From an uncultured Alphaproteobacteria bacterium (GTDB lineage: Bacteria > Pseudomonadota > Alphaproteobacteria > Methylaequorales > Methylaequoraceae): DNA of 64,000 nucleotides. Positions 1-9,435 of the stretch are shown piece after piece (the stretch's first letter is position 1; each line of letters opens with the position of its first letter). The position numbers were made by a program, and so were the translations under genes. The DNA lies in assembly GCA_902563505.1 (NCBI GenBank), contig CACEXK010000002.1, positions 70,884 through 134,883 of the forward strand, written 5' to 3'. The notes beneath the pieces were generated by a model. The model had not been told where the DNA came from and searched no databases. It saw only the letters and a list, made by a program, of their open reading frames with translations.

Positions 1-644
1 ACAATTTCTAATGTGCTTTTAACATTGTGATCGGTAATTATAACGCCAATGTTTCTATTTTTGAGATTTTGAATTAAATCTTTTACATCTTGAATTGCTA
101 TTGGATCAATTCCTGCTAGTGGTTCATCAAGCAAAACAAAATTTGGATTGGATGCAAGACATCTAGCTATTTCAAGTCTTCTTCTCTCTCCTCCTGATAA
201 AGACATCGATGGAGCGAATCTTATATGCTCTATTCCAAATTCTGCTAAAAGACTATTTAAGTTTTTTAATTTTTCTTCAGAAGATTTTGATGATTTTTGT
301 AGTATAGCCAGAATATTTTCTTCTACATTCATTCCTCTAAATATAGATGATTCTTGAGGCAAATAACCAAGTCCCATTTTTGACCTTCTGTACATTGGGA
401 GTTCAGAAATATCATTTTTATCTAGGAAAATTGACCCATTATCCGGTTTAATTAACCCCATCATAATGTAAAACAAGGTTGTTTTTCCAGCCCCATTCGG
501 ACCCAATAATGCTACCGACTCACCCCTATTAAGATTAAGAGATACATTATCTAAAATTCGCTTGTTATTATATGATTTAGTTATTTTTTTTATTTCCAGG
601 CCTTGATTATGAACTGCAACAAATGGAATATCGATTTGACTCAT
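1..644 (-). CDS. lptB: LPS export ABC transporter ATP-binding protein LptB (3' end outside window)
   Basis: Not in the ORF track because it runs off the window. Reverse translation from the ATG (complement of 642-644) gives [36 protein letters not shown]...[11 protein letters not shown] (Walker A), [13 protein letters not shown] (signature) and LLDEP (Walker B). It lies directly downstream of lptC-lptA. Confidence 0.9.
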   Translation of the reverse strand, partial: MSQIDIPFVAVHNQGLEIKKITKSYNNKRILDNVSLNLNRGESVALLGPNGAGKTTLFYIMMGLIKPDNGSIFLDKNDISELPMYRRSKMGLGYLPQESSIFRGMNVEENILAILQKSSKSSEEKLKNLNSLLAEFGIEHIRFAPSMSLSGGERRRLEIARCLASNPNFVLLDEPLAGIDPIAIQDVKDLIQNLKNRNIGVIITDHNVKSTLEI

Positions 645-648
645 ATTT

Positions 649-1452
649 TTACTGATTTTCTTTTTTATCAATTAAAGCTCTGACTCTATTTTCATTAAAG
701 TTCTTGATGTTGGGTGCTGGAAGTAACTTACTTATTCCACGATTTAAATCAACCTCAGCGTAATCACCCGTTAAAAAACTTTCACCTTTTTGCAATTTAA
801 CATTTCCAAACAATTTACAAATACCTGTCTCTCTATTATAAAGAGCTTTGTCACTAAAAGCTACTTCATTTTGAGAGCTGATAGAAACATTAGCAAAGCC
901 AAATATTTTTTTCACATTCATTTTTTTTTCTAATTCATTCAAATACCACACAAGTTTATCTGCTTTAATGGTAAATTCGCTGCCTTTTTTAGCGATAGCA
1001 TCTCCGGTAGCTATGGCTATACCTTTTTGTCTCCAGTATTCTAACTTTTCATTTGAATAAAGTTTGTTTTGATCTGAAGTTAATATGATTTCTTTTCCAA
1101 AAATTGAAAAATAATCTTTTTTTAAATTGTATTCTGCTAATCTTCCCCCAGTAATTATTAAACTTTCATCCTCAACTACTACATTTTTTTTTGCCTTAAC
1201 TAATTTTATATCCATATTTGAGTCTGATTTTTCTGTATAAAATGCCTCGATTGTGTCAGATTTCAATGACATGGATCCACTTGTGGCTTTGGCATTACCA
1301 ATAGCTAAATATTTTTTTTCATTTTTATGCCATTCTATACCCTTTTCAGCATAAATCTCGATTGGTTGATCACCTTGTTTTTGGTTAATAATTTGTTGTG
1401 ATAAACAATTAGAAAAAAATAAAAACAAAAATAAAAAAAATTTTAAGAACAT
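649..1452 (-). CDS. lptA: periplasmic LPS transport protein LptA (OstA-like)
   Basis: Signal peptide [18 protein letters not shown] followed by a repetitive beta-jellyroll-like sequence. Position between lptC and lptB. Confidence 0.8.
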   Translation of the reverse strand: MFLKFFLFLFLFFSNCLSQQIINQKQGDQPIEIYAEKGIEWHKNEKKYLAIGNAKATSGSMSLKSDTIEAFYTEKSDSNMDIKLVKAKKNVVVEDESLIITGGRLAEYNLKKDYFSIFGKEIILTSDQNKLYSNEKLEYWRQKGIAIATGDAIAKKGSEFTIKADKLVWYLNELEKKMNVKKIFGFANVSISSQNEVAFSDKALYNRETGICKLFGNVKLQKGESFLTGDYAEVDLNRGISKLLPAPNIKNFNENRVRALIDKKENQ

Positions 1453-1457
1453 AATAT

Positions 1458-2030
1458 TTAATTACCTGGGAGTATTAATTTTGATTTACCAGTGAAAATG
1501 ATTTTATTTTCTTTATTAATCATCTTGAACCCCTCTGAAATAATTGTTGAATTATCCTTTTTACCTACGATTTTTTTATTTCCAGAAAGTATTTCGTTTT
1601 TGAAATCAAAATTGGCTTCTGAGGTATTGAAATTTAGGGAATTCTCATTTCTCAATTTCACATCACCTTGAATTTGAAGAATTTGATCTTTATTATTAAA
1701 TACTCCAAAATTGCCTTTCATAAAAAATTTATCTGATTTAGTCTCTATTTCTCCTTCTGGTTCCTCCAGATTGAAAACATCTTGATTTGTATTCATTCGA
1801 GTTGCTTTTTTGGCAGAGACCCTAAATGGTTGTTTTTTTTTATCAATACCAATAAATAAAGGTTTAGATAAAATTTGTCGAGCAGCTGAAAATTCTTGAC
1901 TTTCAAAAGATACCAGACTTTCTGTTTGTTTATCAAAAGATATACTCTTAAAAACTAACAAAAATAAAATGGCAAATGAAATGCTAATTAGAATGTACTT
2001 TAGCAACTTTATGAAATATGAGTAACGCAT
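1458..2030 (-). CDS. lptC: LPS export system protein LptC
   Basis: Single N-terminal TM helix plus a periplasmic beta domain, about 190 aa. Conserved kdsD-lptC-lptA-lptB order. Confidence 0.7.
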   Translation of the reverse strand: MRYSYFIKLLKYILISISFAILFLLVFKSISFDKQTESLVSFESQEFSAARQILSKPLFIGIDKKKQPFRVSAKKATRMNTNQDVFNLEEPEGEIETKSDKFFMKGNFGVFNNKDQILQIQGDVKLRNENSLNFNTSEANFDFKNEILSGNKKIVGKKDNSTIISEGFKMINKENKIIFTGKSKLILPGN

Positions 2031-2042
2031 TTTTGTTAAATT

Positions 2043-2981
2043 TTATTTTAAAATATCATGTAAGTGTATTATCCCTAAGGGTTTCATCCCTTTAGTTATA
2101 AAATAATTTGTTATCGATTGTTTATTCATTAGATTTAAGGCTTCTGAAACCAAAGTTTCAGGTGATAATGTTTTCGGATTTTTTGTCATTATATCAGTAA
2201 CTTTTTTTTCAAGAAGATTTGAAGACATATGTCTTCTTAAATCGCCATCAGTAACAATACCAATAAGTTTTTTCTTTTTTTTAGATAATACTCCAACACA
2301 CCCTTGTCCTTTTGAAGTCATCTCCAAAATTGCCTCACTCACCTTTTGGTGATCATTTATCAAGGGCATTAGCTTTTTTTTCTTCATAACATCACTTACA
2401 GTCTGAAGAATTTTTCCTAATTTACCCCCAGGATGAAGTTCTAAAAAATCCCTTGAGGTAAATTCTCTTTTTTTTAATAATGTAACTGCCAAAGCATCAC
2501 CTAGAGCAAGGGTACAGGTTGTTGAACTTGTGGGTGCTAGTTCTAGTGGGCAAGCCTCGATGTTTTTTGGTATTAATATTGTGAAATTAGAGCTTTTGGA
2601 AAGTGTGCTTTCACCCTCGCTTGTGATAGCAATTATTGGGATTTTATTTTTTTTGCAATATAATATTAAATTAATTAATTCTAATGTTTCTCCAGAATTA
2701 GAAATTAAAATAACGCAGTCCTCTCTCTTTATCATTCCAAGATCACCATGGTTTGCTTCAGATGGATGAATAAAAAATGAAGGTGATCCAACTGATGAGA
2801 GAGTTGAAGCAATCTTTGAGGCAATGTGGCCACTTTTCCCAATTCCTGAAATAATGATTTTACCTTTAGTCTTAAAAAGTAAATTCACTACTTTTTTAAA
2901 TGTCTCATTTAAATTTTTTTTAAGTAGTTCAAGAGCTTTTATTTCAAGATCAAGAACATTTTTACCAACTTTTAAATCCAT
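2043..2981 (-). CDS. kdsD: arabinose-5-phosphate isomerase (KpsF/GutQ/KdsD family; SIS + 2x CBS)
   Basis: SIS motif GIGKSGHIASKIASTLSSVGSPSFFIHPSEANHGDLG, C-terminal CBS pair, 312 aa. Confidence 0.9.
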   Translation of the reverse strand: MDLKVGKNVLDLEIKALELLKKNLNETFKKVVNLLFKTKGKIIISGIGKSGHIASKIASTLSSVGSPSFFIHPSEANHGDLGMIKREDCVILISNSGETLELINLILYCKKNKIPIIAITSEGESTLSKSSNFTILIPKNIEACPLELAPTSSTTCTLALGDALAVTLLKKREFTSRDFLELHPGGKLGKILQTVSDVMKKKKLMPLINDHQKVSEAILEMTSKGQGCVGVLSKKKKKLIGIVTDGDLRRHMSSNLLEKKVTDIMTKNPKTLSPETLVSEALNLMNKQSITNYFITKGMKPLGIIHLHDILK

Positions 2982-2990
2982 AACAAAAAA

Positions 2991-3638
2991 TTAATGTGCA
3001 AAAATATCACTATCTATCCACCCCATAAAATCCAACTCTATTCTTGTTTTTAGAAAACTAAAAATTATTTGGGATAGTTGTTGTCTATCCTCTCGAATAA
3101 GCATTAAATTTAATATTTCTTTTAATTTAAATAAAAAAATCACATCGTATGAAGCATATTTTATTTGTTGATCTGATAATTCTTCAGACGACCAATCACT
3201 CGACTGTTGAGCTTTGTTGAGATCAACACCCAGAATTTCTTTGCATAAATCTTTTAGTCCATGTTTGTCGGTATAGGTTCTTACGAGCTTAGAAGCTATT
3301 TTTGTACAGAATAAATTTTCACAATAGAACCCAAAAGATTTTCTGATAATTGCAACATCAAATCTGGCATAGTGAAAAATTTTTTTAATTTTCTTATCAC
3401 TAAGCAATGCAACTAGATTCTTTGGAGTTTTTCTTTTCTTAAAAAAAGAATTGTCAAATTTTACTAAATGGGACTCATTTTTAGAAAAAGCAATCTGGAT
3501 CAGGCATAATCTATCTCTGACAAGATTAAGGCCCGTTGTTTCTGTGTCTATTGCAATTTCATTTGGAAATTTTAATGAACTAGGCAGATCATTTTTATGC
3601 AAATAAACTTTAGTTTCACCAAATTTATAAGTTTTCAT
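2991..3638 (-). CDS. 3'-5' exonuclease, RNase D-like DEDD domain only (no HRDC)
   Basis: IAIDTETTGL (ExoI), HYARFDVAII (ExoII-like) and YASYDVIFL (ExoIII) motifs. Confidence 0.75.
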   Translation of the reverse strand: MKTYKFGETKVYLHKNDLPSSLKFPNEIAIDTETTGLNLVRDRLCLIQIAFSKNESHLVKFDNSFFKKRKTPKNLVALLSDKKIKKIFHYARFDVAIIRKSFGFYCENLFCTKIASKLVRTYTDKHGLKDLCKEILGVDLNKAQQSSDWSSEELSDQQIKYASYDVIFLFKLKEILNLMLIREDRQQLSQIIFSFLKTRIELDFMGWIDSDIFAH

Positions 3639-3706
3639 TTCTTGAACAATCTTAATTATGATATTACTTAATATTTAAGATACAATAAAATTAGAAAAAA
3701 TAATAT

Positions 3707-4663
3707 ATGAATTCTAGCTTAAGTGGTAAGAAAATCGTCATTTTTGGTGGAAGCGGTTTTATAGGCTCTCATCTTATAGCAAGGCTATGTGAAGAGGCTT
3801 GTCAAATCCACATTGTAACTAGAGGCTTTAAAAAATCAAAAAACTTTTTTTTTGCAAACGATCCTGGTCAGGTCAACTTTGAAACAGTTGATTCATATAA
3901 TCAAGAAAATATAAATAGTCTTATAAAAGGCTGTGATATAGTTTTTAACTTGGTAGGTATATTAGCTGAGAGTAAGAATTCAAAATTTCATTTTGTACAT
4001 ACCCAAATACCCCAAATGATCGCCAAAGGAGTGAAAGAGAATAAAGTCAGAAATTTCATTCATGTGTCTGCATTAAATGTAAATAAAATAAAAGATTCCG
4101 ATTATGCTAAATCTAAGTATGCTGGCGAATTGAAGGTTAGAGAAATTTTTCCAAACACGGTTATAGTAAGACCTGGTGTTGTTTTTGGTAGAGGGGATAA
4201 TTTTACTAATTTTTTTTCTAAAATGTCTAAATTTAGCCCTGTGTTACCTTTAATAGGTACACCAAAAATCACTTTATCAAAAACGAATATACCAAATATT
4301 GATTTCAAAAAAAAAGTAATGTTTCAACCAATTTATGTGGGTGATTTAATTCATTTTTTGATTTGTATATCAACCAAAAAAAATAAGACATATGATCTTA
4401 CTGGTCCTTTCATAAAGTCATTTGATCAAATTTTTGATATTATTTTGAGTCATAAAAAAAGAAAAAGAATTTATTTTCCAATACCTTTTTTCTTTGCAAA
4501 AATATTAGCCTTTTTTCTTGAATTTTTGCCAAATAAACCCTTAACTCAAGACCAAGTAAGATTGCTGATGTTTGACAGTGTTTCTAATAAAGGACTGAGG
4601 AATTTAACTGATTTTGTTAAAACCCCCTCATCTTTAGAGACAATAGTTAAGAATTACCTTTAG
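3707..4663 (+). CDS. NAD(P)-binding epimerase/dehydratase family protein, NDUFA9 (complex I 39 kDa)-like
   Basis: N-terminal Rossmann motif VIFGGSGFIGSHL. YAKSKYAGE matches the YxxxK catalytic motif. About 318 aa, as in alphaproteobacterial NDUFA9-like proteins. Confidence 0.7.
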   Translation: MNSSLSGKKIVIFGGSGFIGSHLIARLCEEACQIHIVTRGFKKSKNFFFANDPGQVNFETVDSYNQENINSLIKGCDIVFNLVGILAESKNSKFHFVHTQIPQMIAKGVKENKVRNFIHVSALNVNKIKDSDYAKSKYAGELKVREIFPNTVIVRPGVVFGRGDNFTNFFSKMSKFSPVLPLIGTPKITLSKTNIPNIDFKKKVMFQPIYVGDLIHFLICISTKKNKTYDLTGPFIKSFDQIFDIILSHKKRKRIYFPIPFFFAKILAFFLEFLPNKPLTQDQVRLLMFDSVSNKGLRNLTDFVKTPSSLETIVKNYL

Positions 4664-5475
4664 CCCAAATAAAACATGATTATTAAAGAAGTTCCAAAAA
4701 TTAACCTGTAAAGCATGAAAATAAATAACGAAGATTTTCTAACCCAATAAACTAAAAAATGAATAAAAATTATTGAAAAAATAAAACTAAGCAAGAAAAT
4801 CATTATCGCTCCAAAGTTTAGTAAATTATCAATATAAAATGGCTTGGCATCATCTAAAAGCAGGAAGGTAATTGCACCTATAAGCACAGGAATACTCAAC
4901 AAATTAGAGTAAAGAATACAAAAATCCCTATTATAACCATTTAGCCTCATGGCAGTTAGAACTGAACCAGACCTACTTACGCCAGGAATTAATGCTAGGC
5001 ATTGAATTGATCCGATAAATAAAGATGATTTGATATTCATAGCGTCAAAACTTTTGACTAATAGACAATATTTATCCAAGATCAAAAGTATAAAACCGAA
5101 TACGACGCTTGTGACACCTATAATTAAAAGTATTCTTTCATTATCGTAATCAAAATATTTACCAAAAAAATAACCAACAATAATAACTGGAATTGATGAT
5201 ACAAATAAAAAAATTAGCAGGCTTGCATGTCTTTCAATGTCTGGTCTTAGAATATTTTTAACTGATAATAATAAATTTTTTATAATTTGATAGTAATAAA
5301 TTAATATAGCTAAAAGTGAGCCAGAGTGTGCGATTATATTTGCTTCTAAAATAGTTAAGCTCGACAAATAACTTATATCGAAAAACTGGTTGAAAAGTAT
5401 CAAGTGACCTTGAGAACTAACTGGGAGGAATTCAGTAAAACCCTGAATTAAAGCGAATAGAAAAATTAAAAACAC
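4660..5475 (-). CDS. uppP: undecaprenyl-diphosphatase
   Basis: GFTEFLPVSSQGH and PGVSRSGSVLTAM signature motifs, polytopic membrane protein, GTG start. Confidence 0.9.
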   Translation of the reverse strand: MFLIFLFALIQGFTEFLPVSSQGHLILFNQFFDISYLSSLTILEANIIAHSGSLLAILIYYYQIIKNLLLSVKNILRPDIERHASLLIFLFVSSIPVIIVGYFFGKYFDYDNERILLIIGVTSVVFGFILLILDKYCLLVKSFDAMNIKSSLFIGSIQCLALIPGVSRSGSVLTAMRLNGYNRDFCILYSNLLSIPVLIGAITFLLLDDAKPFYIDNLLNFGAIMIFLLSFIFSIIFIHFLVYWVRKSSLFIFMLYRLIFGTSLIIMFYLG

Positions 5476-5569
5476 ATCTACATTTTTTTATTAATTTAAA
5501 ATGATAATGAATAATAATAATATAAGAAATTTCTTTAAATTATAATCTTATTTTTTTATAATTCATATT

Positions 5570-6466
5570 ATGAATATAAAAAATTTTGATTTAAATCTTT
5601 TAGTTGTTTTTAGAACTCTTTATGAAGAAAAGAATGTTACAAAAGCAAGTAAGAAAATTGGAATTACTCAACCAGCAATGAGTAATGCATTGAATAGATT
5701 AAGATATCTAGTAAAAGATGATTTGTTTATAAGAGGTCCTAAAGGAATGAGACCCACTCCGAGAGCAATCGAATTGGAAACACCTATCAGAAGAGCACTA
5801 AATGAATTAGAGTTATCATTATCATCAATAAATTTCGATCCAAAAAAAACAAATACACTTTTCAGAATTTCAATTTCTGATGATGTTGCTCCATTAATTC
5901 TACCTAATCTAGTTAGTTTCATAGAGAGCAATTCACCAGGTTCCTCTCTTAGAATAAGGTCAGAGCAAGGTTCAGAGGCAATAAGATTGCTTGATAGTAA
6001 TAATATAGACTTTGCGATAGGGAGATTTGAAATGGTACCTAGCCGATTTGGATCTATAAATTTATTTAATGAAAACTATGTATGCATGATGAATCAATCA
6101 CATAAATTTGCGAATGAAAAAAAACTCTCTATTAAACAATATCTTTCTATAAAACATTTAAGAGTAGCTCCAGTTGATGCCCCCGTAGCGCCAATTGATC
6201 GATCTTTGAGTCAATTAAATCTTGAGAGAAATATTTTTGTAAGAATTGATCTAATTACCCTAGCGCCATCAATTTTAGCAAATTCAGATCTAGTTTTAAC
6301 TTTACCATCAGAAACTGCAAAAAGAATGTCAAAAAATTATGGTTTTTCTATTTCTGATTTACCAATAGATTTAGAAAAAAGACAAACTAAAATGTTATGG
6401 CACAAAGAGCTTTCAAATCATCCCTCTTTTGATTGGATAAGAAATATGATTGTTAGTGATTTATAA
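5570..6466 (+). CDS. LysR family transcriptional regulator
   Basis: N-terminal wHTH (FDLNLLVVFRTLYEEKNVTKASKKIGITQPAMSNALNRLR) plus a LysR substrate-binding domain. Divergent from uppP. Confidence 0.85.
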   Translation: MNIKNFDLNLLVVFRTLYEEKNVTKASKKIGITQPAMSNALNRLRYLVKDDLFIRGPKGMRPTPRAIELETPIRRALNELELSLSSINFDPKKTNTLFRISISDDVAPLILPNLVSFIESNSPGSSLRIRSEQGSEAIRLLDSNNIDFAIGRFEMVPSRFGSINLFNENYVCMMNQSHKFANEKKLSIKQYLSIKHLRVAPVDAPVAPIDRSLSQLNLERNIFVRIDLITLAPSILANSDLVLTLPSETAKRMSKNYGFSISDLPIDLEKRQTKMLWHKELSNHPSFDWIRNMIVSDL

Positions 6467-7371
6467 TGAAAATAATTTTTTTTGGGGCAGGTTATTGTAC
6501 TAAATATATTATTCCACTTTTACCTCAGAACGCTGAGATAATTTGTACACATAATAATTTTATCAAGCCTGAAAACTTTGACTGTAAATTTAATATTAAG
6601 AGGTTATTATTCAGAGATATTGTAAATGATAAAAAGAAATATTTTAAAAACGCCACTCATATTTTGAATTCAATTCCTCCAAAAGAAAGTGGTGATTTAA
6701 CTATTAAAAATTTCAAAGAAAATATTATTTCAATTAATAAATCATTAATTTGGTATGGGTACTTTTCTTCTACAAGTGTTTATGGTGACCATTCAGGTGA
6801 TTGGGTTGATGAACAATCTCAACCAAAACCTAAAACAAATAGAGGTAGGCGAAGACTTCTCTCTGAGTCCCAACACTTAGAGTTATTTAAAAAATATAAA
6901 GTTCCTATTCATATTTTTAGGTTACCTGGTATTTATGGCCCAGGAAGATCAGTTTTTGAAAAATTTGAAAAAGGCTCAATTGTTAAAATTAATAAGAAAG
7001 GACATTATTTTTCTAGGGTTTTTGTTGAAGACATTGCTGATGCAATAATACAAAGTACAAAAATGCAAACACCTGGCGAAGTTTTTAATTTAACAGATGA
7101 TTTGCCTACTGAATCAGCCAAAATTGTTAGTTATGCGGCAAAACTTTGTGGAATTGATAATGTAAAGACAATAAATTTTGATGACCAAGAAATAGATAAA
7201 AAGGTCAAAAGTTTTTATAAAGATAATAAGAGAGTTAATAATAATAAGATAAAAAAAATATTAAATTGGACACCTAAATTCAGAAATTATAAATTAGGAT
7301 TACAGCACTTGTTTGAGTTACAAGAAAATGAAAAAGATTTTACAAATAGTTCCCTCTCTAAAAAAAATTAA
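6466..7371 (+). CDS. NAD-dependent epimerase/SDR-family protein
   Basis: N-terminal FFGAGYCTKY Rossmann-like motif, FRLPGIYGPGR and FSRVFVEDIA typical of extended SDRs. ATGA overlap with the LysR stop. Confidence 0.6.
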   Translation: MKIIFFGAGYCTKYIIPLLPQNAEIICTHNNFIKPENFDCKFNIKRLLFRDIVNDKKKYFKNATHILNSIPPKESGDLTIKNFKENIISINKSLIWYGYFSSTSVYGDHSGDWVDEQSQPKPKTNRGRRRLLSESQHLELFKKYKVPIHIFRLPGIYGPGRSVFEKFEKGSIVKINKKGHYFSRVFVEDIADAIIQSTKMQTPGEVFNLTDDLPTESAKIVSYAAKLCGIDNVKTINFDDQEIDKKVKSFYKDNKRVNNNKIKKILNWTPKFRNYKLGLQHLFELQENEKDFTNSSLSKKN

Positions 7372-8494
7372 CGGCGGCGTTGAAAGAGGTACTTTGGATG
7401 TTGCTAGAGAGCTCTCAGAAAGAGGTTTTAAATCATTAATTCTCTCATCTGGAGGAGAGATGGCTGAAAAGTATAAGTATAAAGGAGTTGATCATTACAA
7501 AATGAAATTAGACAAGAAAGGGTTGTTTAATTTCATGATAAATAGAATAAAATTTAAAAGATTGATCGATCAAATCAAGCCAGATTTGATTCATATTAGG
7601 AGTCGATGGCCAGCTTTTTGTTTTTCTGGATTGATTAAAAGGAAGAATATTCCTTTAGTAACAACTTACCATGGAACTTATAGTGGCAGTAAATTTTTTT
7701 TAAAAAGATCATATAATAAAGTAATGACTAATGGAGATTCCGTTATTACGATATCAAAATTTATAGATGGTCATGTAAGGCATTTTTTTCCTGAAAGTAA
7801 AAATAAATTAGTTCAAATTAATAGAGGCATTGATTCAAATTATTTTAACCTATCTTCAGTATCGGAAATTAGAAAAGAAAATTTTCTTTCTAGTTTATCA
7901 ATTCCTGAAAATACACACATTATTATTCTCCCAGCTAGAATCACAGGCTGGAAAGGTCACAATGTTGCAATCGATGCCATAGATTACATTAATACCAAGA
8001 AACCGGAATTAAATTTTATGATAGTTTTTGTTGGCTCTGAAGATGGTAAAAAAAATTACACAAAAAAACTAAAAAGTAAGATTAAAAAATTAAAGCTAGA
8101 AAATAAAGTATTTTTTTGTGGAAACTTAAATGATATGCCCGCCGTTTATTCAACTGCAGACATTATCCTATCAACCTCTACAGAACCTGAAGCTTTTGGA
8201 AGGATTTCTGCCGAGGCATCTGCAATGGGTAAACCAATAATTTCCTCAAATCACGGAGGTTCTAGAGAGATTATAGAAAATAATATTACCGGTTGGTTAG
8301 TCGAACCAAATAATTCGAAATTATTAGGAGAAAAAATTATTTATGTATTGGGACTCAAACAAGAAAACAAAGATCAAATCGGGAAGAATGCAAGAAAAAG
8401 AGTTATTCAAAAGTTTGATTTAAATCTAATGCTTAAAAAAACTATCGAGGTTTATGAGGAATTAATTGCAAGAAAAGAAAATATTAATAATTAA
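7328..8494 (+). CDS. glycosyltransferase family 1 (GT-B, LPS core/surface glycan)
   Basis: The C-terminal EPEAFGRISAEASAMGKPIISSNHGGSREII region matches the GT1 E-x7-E motif. The ORF-track start 7313 is a TTG; I prefer the ATG at 7328 (MKKILQIVPS). It overlaps the upstream gene. Confidence 0.8.
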   Translation: MKKILQIVPSLKKINGGVERGTLDVARELSERGFKSLILSSGGEMAEKYKYKGVDHYKMKLDKKGLFNFMINRIKFKRLIDQIKPDLIHIRSRWPAFCFSGLIKRKNIPLVTTYHGTYSGSKFFLKRSYNKVMTNGDSVITISKFIDGHVRHFFPESKNKLVQINRGIDSNYFNLSSVSEIRKENFLSSLSIPENTHIIILPARITGWKGHNVAIDAIDYINTKKPELNFMIVFVGSEDGKKNYTKKLKSKIKKLKLENKVFFCGNLNDMPAVYSTADIILSTSTEPEAFGRISAEASAMGKPIISSNHGGSREIIENNITGWLVEPNNSKLLGEKIIYVLGLKQENKDQIGKNARKRVIQKFDLNLMLKKTIEVYEELIARKENINN

Positions 8495-9395
8495 GTTTGG
8501 TGGACTTGGTGACATTATTTTATCGTTGAATGCCATCTATTCGATAATAAAGAAATTCAAAAAAAAAAAAATTTTGTTGTTAACCGAAAAACCATATGAA
8601 TTATTTTTTCAAAAATCTAAATGGTTTGATCAAATAATTACTATAAAAAGATCTATAATATATTCATTTGATATTTTTAGAATAAAAAGGAAGTTAGATG
8701 TTAATTCAATTGAAAAAGTTTTTGATCTGCAAACATCTAGAAGATCATCATATTACCTCAAAATATTTGATAAAAAATATGTTGAAATTAATGGAATAGG
8801 AAAATTTGCAAATAAGAAACATAATAATGAAAATAGAGACGCAATGCATACTATTCCAAGACAAGCGGAACAACTCAAAAAATCAAGAATCAAATTTGAG
8901 AATAATCCAAATTTAAGTTGGCTTTTTAATTCTAAAAAGTTACCAAATATTGAAAAAAAATTTTCATTAGTTGTTCCTGGTGGTTCCAGAAAAAGAATGG
9001 ATAAGAGAATACCTGCAGAGATATACTGTGAGATTATAAAAATATTATTGAAAAATTCTGTTACGCCAATTTTAATTGGATCTGATGATGACGAAATAGT
9101 TTGCAGAAATCTTGAAAAAAAATTCCCAATGTTGAAAAATTTTTGTAAAAAAACTGATTTTTTTCAAATTGCAAATTTATCGAAAGAATCAACGATTTCT
9201 TTTGGAAATGATACTGGCCCAATGCATATTATCTCAAGAGGAAATAAACCTACTTTAGTTTTTTTTACAAATAATTCAAACCCTAATTTGTGCAGACAAA
9301 TAGGAAAGAAAACTTTTATATTAAATTATAAAAATGATAAGAATATTTTTTTAGACCAAATTTTTAGAGAATTTAAAAAGGTGATTAGTAATTAA
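8466..9395 (+). CDS. glycosyltransferase family 9 (heptosyltransferase-like)
   Basis: ILIIKFGGLGDIILS N-terminus and C-terminal GNDTGPMHI motif typical of GT9. Non-ATG start overlapping the GT1 3' end. Confidence 0.8.
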   Translation: MQEKKILIIKFGGLGDIILSLNAIYSIIKKFKKKKILLLTEKPYELFFQKSKWFDQIITIKRSIIYSFDIFRIKRKLDVNSIEKVFDLQTSRRSSYYLKIFDKKYVEINGIGKFANKKHNNENRDAMHTIPRQAEQLKKSRIKFENNPNLSWLFNSKKLPNIEKKFSLVVPGGSRKRMDKRIPAEIYCEIIKILLKNSVTPILIGSDDDEIVCRNLEKKFPMLKNFCKKTDFFQIANLSKESTISFGNDTGPMHIISRGNKPTLVFFTNNSNPNLCRQIGKKTFILNYKNDKNIFLDQIFREFKKVISN

Positions 9396-9435
9396 TGTTT
9401 ATTGACATAATAATTCATATAATTTAATTAAAACA

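Noticed and set aside
148-357. Numerous ORFs in the track lie antisense to well-supported genes. Examples are 148-357, 2530-2769, 4102-4308, 5668-5931, 9399-9662, 11881-12267, 14466-14945, 18690-18908, 31689-32312, 41543-41854, 42377-42691, 50061-50369, 54838-55134 and 58052-58313.
   Set aside because: Each is fully embedded opposite a conserved protein-coding gene. They have low-complexity or hydrophobic shadow-frame composition and no recognisable motifs. These are the usual antisense open frames, not genes.
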